Positions 51,588-64,000 of a DNA stretch of 64,000 bases are shown one piece after another; position 1 is the first letter of the stretch; every line of letters starts with the position of its first letter. A program made the translations under genes and the position numbers. The stretch lies in assembly GCF_009914755.1 (NCBI RefSeq), contig NC_060925.1, one strand, 5' to 3'. This stretch comes from the human T2T-CHM13v2.0 reference genome, Homo sapiens. Under the pieces are notes generated by a model. It saw nothing but the letters and a program-made list of their open reading frames with translations. It did not search any database and had not been told where the DNA came from.

Positions 51588-52963
51588 CAGTAACAATCTT
51601 TATACACATCTCTGGTTGCACTCATGTGTCACACACAACCTTTACCACAATCACATGCTGGAACTTGTGTATCCCTACATGACCTTGGAAAATCGCTTGA
51701 AGTCTCAGAAGCTTAGTTTCCTCATCAGTAAATTGGGGTAATAAAATAGCATGTATATTGGTGAAGATTCTTGCTTCAAAGTAGAGGAAACACCTTTTGC
51801 CACCTGGAAAGCACTTCCTGAACATTAGTTGTTTATCGCTCAGGTATTCGACATCCAGGAAGTGCTGAGCATCCTCCCCTGTTAGGGGTACAATGGGCCG
51901 GCCCTCATGCTCACATGCAGATGACACTTATGGGTACAGCGACAGAAAAGCACACAAGCCTCTCTGCTCACTGACCAAGCTGGAGTGGAAGAGACAGGCG
52001 AGGCTCCCGGGAGGAAGTGACACTGAGCTGAGACCTCAAAAGATGAGGAGGCAAAAAAGGTGAGTGGGAGATCGGAAGGTGGGAGGCTGGCCAGGCAGAG
52101 GAAGCAGCGAGTGTAAGGGATGAGCTGACGCAAGAGAACATGTTTGGAGCCTGAGAGGTGGGTGTGAGTGGGCGGTGGCATACAAAAAGTCTGGAGAGGT
52201 GGCAGAGCAGAGAGGCCCTACCCCAAGGCCACAGGGAGACAGGGAAGGATTTCAAGCAGGGGAGTGACAGGCTTGGATTTGTGTGTGGGGAAAACTGGTC
52301 TGGTCTCAGCGTGGAGGTGGCATGGAGACTGGGAGCTGGGAGACCCATGAGGGGAACACAGAAGTGACGTCGGTAAACATGGTGAGGGCTGAACTAAAGC
52401 CAATGCCGCTTCTGCGACCAAGAATCTGTCCTCAGGCCCTCTAGTAGCTGTTGCCTTCCTGAAGCTTGGGATGCATATGCACAAAGAGAGCTCTGTGTGG
52501 CTCACAGATTGTGGACACCTGGTTGACCTCTTGATGCCTGCGTATCATGTCTAGCTCCTAAGTCTCCCTTCTCCTACTACAACATCACACGGTGGCCACG
52601 CCTCCCACAACACGCAGTGGACATCATCAGAGGAACAGCAGCTGATGGGAACCATGCCCCCACAGCTCCAAGAGGTCTGAACTCACACACCACACCCCAC
52701 ACTCTTCTTCTTGGGCTTGCTCAGCACCTTGTGGGGCACAGCACCCGACCCTGCACTCTCAAGTTTCCAGGCGACAGGAGCCCTTTAGGCTTCTTGGCAC
52801 CAAGGGCACGGCTGGGTCCCCACCAATGTCCCATGATAAGAGATGCCACCAGCAGCCAGGCTGCACAGAACCTACACGGAGTGAGGGGAAGAGGAGGCCA
52901 GCACATTCTAGGTTGGTTACCACTGGGTGGCCTTGTATAATATCTAAATATCTAAACATCTAA

Positions 52964-53353
<390 letters not shown>

Positions 53354-54070
53354 AACACTCTTAATATGAGTGACTTCAAAGCTTTTGAAGCCTCTATCCC
53401 CGCTGGCAGTGGTGTGCCCCTGGGCTCTCCCTAGACTAGGCTAAAGCCCCTGCCAACCACTCTCCCAGCACCCTGCACTTACCTTTTCATGACACCCATC
53501 ACTTTTAGACTTACAGGTTGAATTGCTGCCTTCCTTGCTAGGCTGTAAGTTCCCCGATGGACATAACTGCATCTGCCTGGTGTGCTGTTGTTTCCCTGGT
53601 GTCTGAACAGAGTCAGGCTCCTGACAGGCCCCCGCTATTTGGAGCTGAGTCAATAGGATGTGCAAACTGAGGGAGAGGAAAGGGTGGAGGAAAACTCGCA
53701 GACCTCAGAGGCCTGGGGAGAGGAAAAGTGTCTTGCTCAAGTCACATACTAGGCAGGAAGAGATCATGGTTCCTGCTCAGAATCTTTGACTCTCAGTCAG
53801 GGCCTTTCCCACTCACTATACTGTGCTAGAAAGAGGCTACGAAACCCACAGAAAAGTGTTCTATAGTTAAATAAGCTTGAAAAACTCTGGATTAAACAAA
53901 ATGAAAGGAGTTTCTTTGCCACTGGTCTTTTCAGGGCCTTTAACATGCTCCTGTGCCCGTGCTTCTGGAAGAAGGTCACACACAGTACTCCATGCTCTCT
54001 GACCCTGGAACTCTGCCTGTGAGGCGGTCTGAAACCTCCAGCACCACCCCCCAGCTATGTGTCACAATTA

Positions 54071-54076
54071 TTTATT
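54071..54076 (-). terminator. Candidate proximal polyadenylation signal of CYB5RL (AATAAA)
   Basis: tttatt on + strand about 1.4 kb past the stop; TGTA element upstream in transcript sense (~54136-54141); G/U-rich sequence downstream. Confidence 0.55.
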
Positions 54077-55498
54077 AAATGTGACACAGCAGAGAGATTT
54101 GTTGCCATTTTTTTTAGTGGCTAGGAAAATCCTTTTGTACAAATAAAAATAATTCAAAACCCCAATATATGAATGGGATAAAAATGCAGCTGCTCTGGTT
54201 GAAGGGGGTACTGGGGATCCATCTGGAGCTGTCCTTTCACTGCTGCTATGCAAAGAACCCTTGCTTCCTGTAGAGCGCAGTTCGAAAATCACTGATGCAG
54301 AATTGGCACATGAGGTTGAAGCTAGGAGGCTTCTAGTGCTGGCTCTGCCATGGACTGTTTTACCCTGGGCAAGTCATTTAGTCTCACTGGGCTTCAGTTT
54401 CCCGTGTATACGATAAGTCTGTCACACTGTATGTTTCTTAGAGTCCTGAACTTTCAGCTTTGATATGGTGAAGAGTACATTTCTATGACTATAAAAGTCT
54501 AACTCTAAGATTCCATGGCTTAATATTCCAATTCTGGGACTGCCTGTAGCTAGCCCAAGCTGGTGCAGCACGCTAGAGCCCAGGCTGTTGAAGGCAGAAT
54601 TCATTAACTGCAGTGCGCTGCCCAGGGGCACTGGGTTCCTGGGATAGGGGTGCCAGGTTCCTGGGGTGGGTGGACCGTGATCGGCAGCCGCTCAGTGGGA
54701 CAAGCTGGGAGAGGGACCCAGGTCTCCTGACTCCTGCTCTATCTTTAGATCTCCATAGCAACCATCACCAGGGCACCAAGCTGAAGGCACAGGCTGAGTG
54801 GCTGCCTGCAGGAGGAGGGAGGGGCGTTTCCTTCCCGTGCCTCTTCTTTTGCTAGGCTCGATTTTTGAGCCAGGAAAGGGGACTGAGAATGAAGCTGTTC
54901 ACAGCAAGAAAGGCTTGGGGCCAATACAAGACAGTCGAGGGCCCCACCTTGCTCTCAGGATGTGGTCAAGTCATAGAACCCAAGACCTTCATGTGTCAGG
55001 CTCATGGCACTGGAGGAAAGGCAGAATCCTCCTCCAAAGAGCTCTAAGCCTCTCCCGTGTCCTTCCCTACACACTCAGGAGCCCCTAATCCGAGATGGTG
55101 CTGAGGCCACAGTTGGAGCCCCCATTAGATCCTCTAATCGGAGGGGCCAGGGAAGCTCCTCCCGACTCTTCCCCTGCCCAACTCCTACTCCTCCTGGGGC
55201 TCAGCCTGGACTTGGCTTCCTCTGAAGAGTCCTCCCTGACTCCCAGGCTGGTTGCTCACCTCCTCAGGGCCCCTACAGCCCATCCTCCTTCTACATAGTA
55301 GGAGGCCAGGAGGAGTGATTAACCTCATGGGGCAGATGAGAAGTAGAGGTTCTGAGCAGTAAAGACACTTGCCCAAGGTCACCTGGCAAATGAGCAGCAG
55401 GACCAGGCCTGGACTCCGTGTCTTCTGATTCCAGTCTGTGCTCCTTCCTGGGTCCCAGTAGCAGGCTCATGGCCTAGGCTTTGGAAGAGAGGCCAGGG

Positions 55499-55702
55499 CT
55501 AGAAGAGGAAATAGGAGTCCTCAGTGAGGCCTGCGCACAGTAAGCACCTGGCTATGTCTTTGGTGAACTCAGCCGAGCCACAGACCAGTGCGAATGGCTT
55601 TCTCCGACAGCAGCTGACCAGCTCTTTAATTAGGTCCTGGCCCAGGTGGCCAAAGTGGGTTTTCTCTTGGTAACTCCAGGGAAGCTGCTCTGAGGAGCTC
55701 TC
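55499..55702 (-). CDS. CYB5RL: CYB5RL last coding exon
   Basis: Acceptor cttcccag|GAG; ...FALVCGSAEF...SYFLF*; FNR-family CG motif and terminal aromatic residue; TAG stop. Confidence 0.93.
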   Translation of the reverse strand, partial: ESSSEQLPWSYQEKTHFGHLGQDLIKELVSCCRRKPFALVCGSAEFTKDIARCLLCAGLTEDSYFLF

Positions 55703-56492
55703 CTGGGAAGACAAGAAAGGCATGGGTGACTACAAGGGAGCGGGGGGTCCTTAGTGTTCACACAGCCAGCTCTCCTCTGCAAAATGAGGAAACCAAGGCA
55801 GAGGGTGTAGGAAGCCAACCTATATCCAGGCCCACCATGGGCCAGGCATTTCCTCCTTATCTCCAAAACAAGCCTGTGAGAACTATCACCCTCCCACGAC
55901 AGCAGAGGCACAGGGAAGAGGGACTTCCCTGTGGCACACAATGAGGCGGGGGCAGCAGCAGGACCAGAACTCAAGTCCCACCATTTCTCACTGCCTTCCA
56001 GCAGCCACACCTGTCACTGTGGGACGGATGTTTTCTCCCCTGACTGTGGGTTTCCCAGAATCTTTCCAAGGTTAGCTATCATCATCACCCTCGGAGCATA
56101 ACTTTTGCTCATTTCTTTTAAGGTTTCAATGAACATATTCATTTAGCAGATATTTACCAAGTGCTTATTCTGTGCCAGGCACCGAGCTAGCCACTGGGGA
56201 TATGGCAGCTGCTCAGAAGAGACAAGGGTCCTGGCTGCATACAGCACAGATCCCAGGTCACAATGCCTTCACTGAGAAAGGCTAAGCTCGCATTCCAAGG
56301 CTGGACGGTGACCCCACGGACCCAGGATCCTTCTCTCTGCCCTTCTAGCCTTAGCTGCAGCTTTCCTCCTCAGGGTCACAAAATGAAGGCTCCACTCCCA
56401 GGTGACTTGAAGGAATTTCTTCTATTTTTTTAAATGAACATTTTATTGGAGTACAACATATGTGTAGAAAAGTATACAAATCATTAAGTATA

Positions 56493-56809
56493 CAGTTAGC
56501 CCTCTGTATCCATGGGTTCCACATTTGTGGATTCAACCAACTGTGGATTGAAAATATTTTTTAAAAAACATTAAAAAATAACAATATAGCAATAGAAACA
56601 CACAAAAAATACAGTATAAGAGCTATTTACTCAACATTTACATTGTATTAGGTATTATAATTTAGAGATAATTTAAGTCACATGGGAGGATGTGCATAGA
56701 TTACATGCAAATACCACACCATTTTATATCAAGGACTCGAGCATCCTCAGATTTTGCTATCTGCAGGGGGTCCTGGAGTCAATCCTCCATGAATACCAAG
56801 GGACAACTA
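56493..56809. mobile_element. MER2-like non-autonomous Tigger DNA transposon in the last CYB5RL intron
   Basis: Imperfect terminal inverted repeats cagttagccctctgtatccatgg / ccatgaataccaagggacaacta with TA flanks. Confidence 0.75.
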
Positions 56810-57130
56810 TATATAGTCTGAAGAATTTAAATGAAAAAACCATCTTACAAGCCCACAAAAAAACAAAATCCAGAACAGAGCCATCACTCTGCAGATCCTA
56901 TGAAGGCAAGTTGCTAGTTCCTGGGGCTAGGCACAAAGACAGGATTGGTGGGGAGTGGAGCTCCACTGCCACTTTCCTGCTGAGTGACTGTGACCTCTCA
57001 GGATCATGATTGTGAGGAGAGTATCCACTATGGAAAGCCACTGTCCAGAGAGCCGTGGTGCTGGTGTAAGCCCTGGGAGAGGCCCTGTGAGGAGAGGCCT
57101 CTATTCTGAGGCACACTCAAAGGGCCCTGG

Positions 57131-57425
57131 AGGCAGGTGCAGTGGCTCAAGCCTGTAATCCCAGCACTTTGGGAGGCTGAGGTGGCAGGATCGCTTGAGC
57201 CCAGGAGTTCAAGACCAGCCTGGGCAATGTGACAAAAGCTGGTCTACAAAAAATACAAAAATTAGCTAGGGGTGATGCTATGTGCCTATAGTCCCAGTTG
57301 CTTGGGAGACTGAGGTAGGAGGATCATCTAAGCCCAGGGAGGTTGAGGCTTCAGTGAGTTATGATTGCACCACTGCACTCCAGCATGGGCAACAGAGTGA
57401 CACCCTGTCTCAAAACAAAACAAAC
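57131..57425 (+). mobile_element. AluJ
   Basis: Diverged dimer. Confidence 0.88.
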
Positions 57426-60028
57426 AGGGTCCCCTGGAGCCCCACCTCACAGAGTCTGTGCTGATGAGGGGGATCCTCTCTGATGATCTGGCATTTCCCA
57501 AGCTCCCACTATGGTCTGACCCACCAGATGGGGCCTTGGGGCCCACTGGCCTCACCTCCCCTTTTCCACTGCTCATTTCCCTCAGACCACTTAGGTTCAG
57601 CTCAGCCTATCCCACCATGCACCCTGAGATGCCCTGGGCCTGGCTGCTGGTGAGACGGATAGGGGACCCCACAAACAGTGACGGTGCAGCAGGTGGGTGC
57701 TGTGAAGGAGAGCCAGGGTGGTGGCAGCAGAACCATCAAGGCCAGCCTGGGGGCTCTAGGAAAGCTTCCAGGATGGACTTCTACCTCAACAGGGATGTGA
57801 GGGGTACAGAGGTGGGAGGTGAGGAAAGGAGAGCACTCCTGGCAGGCAGAATGGCGTGAGCAAAGGCCCAGAAGCCAGAAAAGCACAGCACACTTGCAAC
57901 CATAGGCAGACCCATGACATCAGGCCACAGCTCACGGGGAGGGCGGGCTAGGAGATGAGGCCACAGAGGGAGGCAGTTCCCAGGCATGGACCTCATCCTG
58001 TGAGCAGTAGGGAGCCAGGCAAGGGCTAGAAACAGGGTGGTGGTAGGGTCAGATCTGCCTTTAGGACTGCAGGAGGCAGGACAAATCAGCAGGGAGTGGC
58101 TGGTACGGGGAGACTCTTGAGGATGCTGCAGCTGTGGCCCAGGCAGGGGAGAGAGCACACTGAGTCAAGAGAGTGTGTACAGGCAGGAGCCACCAGTCAC
58201 CCCCTTCACCTGCCACTGATGGCCAGCCCACTCGCTTGCCCAACCCCAGGCCACTGGCACCACCCTGGCCCAGCTGGGGACTAAAAATCTTCTATTGCTG
58301 GTGAACTTTAACGGAAATGCCACCTGCTTGGTAAAGCCATCCCTGACCCTGCCTGGCCTCTACCCACCACTGGCATCCCGAACATCCTCACAGCACCTTG
58401 TGCTGTGCTGCCTTATTCTGAGGAGCACTAAGACCACAGCCTTTGAACAGGACCTCCTGGGTTCATACTCCACTCTCCACTAACTTGCTGTGTTACCCTG
58501 GGCAAGGTTCTTAACCATTCTGTGCCTCAGTTTCCACATCTGTACAAGGAGCATGATGGGAGTATAAGCCTCATAAGATTGTGGTGGAGATTAAATTAAA
58601 TAAAGTGCTTAGAATGGTGCTGGCTACAGAGAATGTGCTGAATGAAGGGGAGTCCTTTTCAGCCGTCTCTGTGGCTGTCACCCATAGATAGGTGAGCAGC
58701 CGGAGGGCTGGGAGTGGGTCACCTTCACTGTTGTGTGTCTGACACCTGCCACATTCTCAGGCGACAGAGGAGGGAAAGCAAGGCTGGCCAGCAGCTTGGG
58801 GACCCTCTGCCAGGTGCTGCCTTCCTGCCCTCCTCCCAGCATCCTTGTCCAGGCTCTCAGGCAGGCTGCCCATGCTGCTGGGCAACAGTGGCCCATCCCT
58901 CGCGCCCACCCCTTGGGCTGCACGCTAGCCTTTGGCTCCATTCTCATTCCTTGGGCACTTTCCGCTGCTATAAATGTTCACCACGCTCTCATGTCATGCC
59001 ACTGAGCATTCTGCCCCATGGACAGGCCTGCAGAACCCAGCCCCTGGGGAGCCCAGGGACCCTTATATTGGGACGGGAAATCCAATTTCCTCACCCTCCA
59101 CACCCAGCTACAATGTTGAGGATCAAGTAAGTGTTTAGGGACTACATAAAGCTGCCTCATAGCGGGACCAGATGAGAATGGTACCCCACAGCACCGGGCA
59201 AGAAGGCTGACCCTGAGCACCAGGGAACACAGGGGGCCCAGCAGGAATCCCAACCCAGAGGGGACAGGAGGGAAAAGTGAAGCTACCAACCAGGGAAAGG
59301 CAGGCCACCAAAGGTAGCTGAGGGCCTGGCTTGAGATGAGGGGCAGACAATCCCCCATGCTCTAACCTATGGGGGTGGCCCCAGAAGGGTTACCTGAGTG
59401 AGCAGAGGGGATGTGGAGTCAGAGGGAGGAGGGGTCAGCAGGGAGAGTCGCTGCCAGCTACGGCGGGGTCCTCCTATGGAGGGACAGGCTGAGGTGGGAG
59501 GATACTAGCAAGCACAGGGAACTCAGATCAGTTTACTCCAGCAGTCACTAATGGAGTCCCTGTTCTGTGCCTGGCATCATGCTAAGCACTGAAGAGAGAG
59601 TGCTGAGGCAGACATGTGGTCTCCACCTCAAGGAACATCACTCAGTTGGAGGGAGGTCTGCAGCCTGCCCTGCCCTCTACAGCCAGGCCCCTGCCCATGT
59701 AACTGATGATGCCAGAGGGCGATGGGAGGCAGTAACGCATGGGGTGAGAGCCAGAGCTCAGCAACCAGACAGCCCTGGGCTCAAATCCTGGCCTCAGCCC
59801 TGTCCAGCAGCGTGAGCCGGTGGGCAGCTTCACCCACTGAATGTGCATCTCCTCATCTGTATAATGAACATGAGAACACCTGCCTTCCATACAGGTGGGT
59901 GCTCCACCAGTGGCAGGGATTATGACCACAGCATCCATTGCCAAAAGAGGCTAGAGCTGGTCCTCAGGACAGGTGCAAAGGGACAGCAGAGTCTCAATCA
60001 AAAAAGAAAGTCACCACCCTGGGCTCAC

Positions 60029-60232
60029 CTGGCTGAGTACAAAGAAGGTACGGACATTCCAGAAACGGGCCTGCTCTTGGAGGAAGGTTTTCAGGTAGAT
60101 GCTCTCAAAGGTCTTGAAGCAACCGACCAGAGTGACAAAAGTCTCGTCATTCTCATTGTCTGTGATGCTCTGCAGGATAGGCACCATGGGGGCCAGGCCC
60201 GTGCCCGCAGCCAGCAAGAGGAGCTCACCATA
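60029..60232 (-). CDS. CYB5RL: CYB5RL penultimate coding exon, NAD-binding domain
   Basis: Acceptor ttccccag|TAT; YGELLLLAAGTGLAPMVPIL carries the FNR-family GTGxxP motif; donor CAG|gtgagc; 204 nt, phase 0-0. Confidence 0.94.
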
Positions 60233-60767
60233 CTGGGGAACAGAAGGGGTATGTATGACAGGTGGGTTGGGAGAGTCTCACCTTATCCCCTCTACTATGG
60301 GACTTTTCCTTGAGCTTCCTTCAACTGGACGGCAGTGCCCTTCCTTGGTGTCCAACCACCTATGTCCCCTCTCTACCTCCTCCAGAAAGCCGTCCTTGTT
60401 TGTGAAAGGCATGTGAGGTTTGGGTAATGGAGATGATGGGATATGGGGACTGAAAGGGAACATAACAGCATAGCCCATCCTGTAAGTGGCCTGGTTGCCT
60501 ACTAAAGCATCCCCACAAGAACTCTGCTTACATACTTCTACTGACAGGGGGCTCATTACTTCCCAAGGCAGTTTGCTCTACTGTAGGCCAAATCCTTTGC
60601 CAGGGAGGTCTTTACAACTTACATTGAGCTGAAACCTGCTCCCATCAAAGCCTTGCCCACTCCCAATGCCATTCCAGCCCTGCTCTCTGGGCTGCTTCCT
60701 CTGCCCCAGGGTACCTCTGCAGAGATCTCAAGGGCCCACCTTGGACCTCTGAGCTTGCTCATCTCTA

Positions 60768-61166
<399 letters not shown>

Positions 61167-61226
61167 TCAACTCCTCCTCACTGAATCTATTTCCAGGCTC
61201 TAGGCCTCTTAAAGAGGGGTGAACCT

Positions 61227-61531
<305 letters not shown>

Positions 61532-62468
61532 TTAAAGTTTAGTACCTGAGTGATGCAGGGGTATTTACCACCCTCATTCTAGAGATTAGGCCTCTGGGTA
61601 TAAATCCCCAACCATGTGATCTGGGCAAGCTCTTTCACCAATATAATCCTCAGTGTCCTCACTGGTAAAAAAAAGAAACGCACTTCCCCATAACAGCACC
61701 TATCTCAGAACTGTTACCAGGATTAAATGAGATGAAGAAAAGTGCTTGGTTGGCTGGGTATGGTGGCTCATGCGTGTAATCTCAGCTACTCAAGACTGAG
61801 ACAGGAGGATCGCTTGAGCCCAGGAGGTTGGGGCTGTAGTGAACCATGATCATGCCACTGCACTCCAGCTGGGCAAGAGTGAGACCCTGTCTCAAACAAA
61901 ACAAAACAAAACAAACAAAAAAGAAAACTGCCTGGTGCAGATCCAATTAGATTCCTCCCCCTCCCTAAGCTGCTGAGACTCACGCCTGGCAGCTGTTGCT
62001 GTATCTGTGCTCTCTCCAGCCTCCAGGCCTTCAGCTTGCCATGCTCCTCTGCCTCCTCCCATCCTAGCTCGGGCTATCCTTTGGAGGGCCTTTCCCAAGC
62101 CAGGGCAGGGGAGGCTCCTTTCTTTGTGTTTCCACAGCTCCCTGTGAGTCCCTCTGAACCACACTGGCCACACTGTGCTGCTGTCACCTGTCTGTGTGTC
62201 TGACTCCCCCAGCAGACTGTGAGCTTCTGGAGAACAGGGGACTCATCTGACCCATCTCTAGGTCCCCAGAGTCCCCTGGCCCTGGGTGAACACTTGTGTC
62301 TGTTTGTTGAATGAATGCACAGACAGATGCTAATATGTCAGTCTTCAGGGCTGATGTAATATCCATCTGTAACGAAGACGACTGCAGAGCAGCAAAACAG
62401 GGCCCGGAAGAGGGCAGGAGCTTCCCAGACATCCTCGTGTGGTGAAACCAAGGCTTACTGAAATTTCA

Positions 62469-62808
<340 letters not shown>

Positions 62809-63434
62809 GGAGGGAAGGAGGACGGGAAGACAGGAAGGCAGGAAGGTAGGAAATAAATGCAGGGCCTTTCAAGTATTCCGTGCATGTGAAGGAGCAGCCA
62901 CAAGGCATTGGGAGGCTCCACCAGAAAAGGCGGTCAAGACAACGTTCATCTGTTATCCACTCTAGACAAGGAGGAAACACAAACGATTTCCATTCCCTGC
63001 TCTCAAGCATCTGGGGGATGCAGGGTCTAAAATGCAAGGCTAAGCATGGTTAGTACTAGAAGAATACTATGGAATAGTATTAACATATGCATAGCACATA
63101 TCTGTAGAATGGGGTTGTAGCACCTAAGAGCTGCTGTGAAGACTATGTGAGTTACCATATAGCAAGTGCTAAGGTCTGAGCCTGGCACACATGAGGTGCT
63201 ACACGTGCTTGATATTATTATACATATATACTACACATGTGCATGCAGTGTGCATTTGTACATATACTCATGTGGAAGAGGATTTGGAAGGATATACACC
63301 AAGCCATAAGATGGGTGTGTCTGGGTAGAATGCCTGTGAGTGTTTTTTCTTTTCTTTTTTTTTTGTCTCTTTCCATCTGCTGATTTTTGGGTAATGAACA
63401 TGTACTGCATTTATAAAAGGAAAAAAAACAATAA

Positions 63435-63746
<312 letters not shown>

Positions 63747-64000
63747 TAAAAATTAAACAAAAAGAATGGAGAGGAAGGCATGATTCATTCTTTTCCATTT
63801 GTTTTCATTTTGCTTTGTTTTCCTAATCATAAAGTAATAGGTGTTCGCTGCAAATGATTTAGAAAGTATAATGAAGAAAATAAAAATCACCCATAATTTC
63901 ACCACCCAGAGCTGCTAACATTTCATTGCATTTTCTTTTCATATTTTCTCTGTGCATTTTAACTTAATTTCCCAACCTCCTGTATATTCAGTTTTGTACC

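Overview
Human (primate) genomic DNA, dense in Alu, MIR, L1 and MaLR repeats. From gene recognition this is the CDCP2-CYB5RL interval (1p32). The window holds the complete CDCP2 gene on the minus strand. I reconstructed six coding exons with GT-AG boundaries (79+348+336+354+179+327 nt = 540 aa + stop): signal peptide, three CUB domains, an isolated ZP-N-like domain and a terminal hydrophobic segment with no cytoplasmic tail. It also holds the last two coding exons and 3' UTR of CYB5RL (minus strand). Between the genes is a full-length THE1A retroelement with intact 5-bp target-site duplication. The main surprise is a complete Tctex-1 (DYNLT4/5-like) dynein light chain domain on the plus strand at 49166-49504. 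It is broken by three frameshifts and preceded by a splice acceptor, which makes it a candidate unitary pseudogene. Most ORFs in the track come from repeats or are chance. Repeat subfamily calls and boundaries were made by eye and are approximate.
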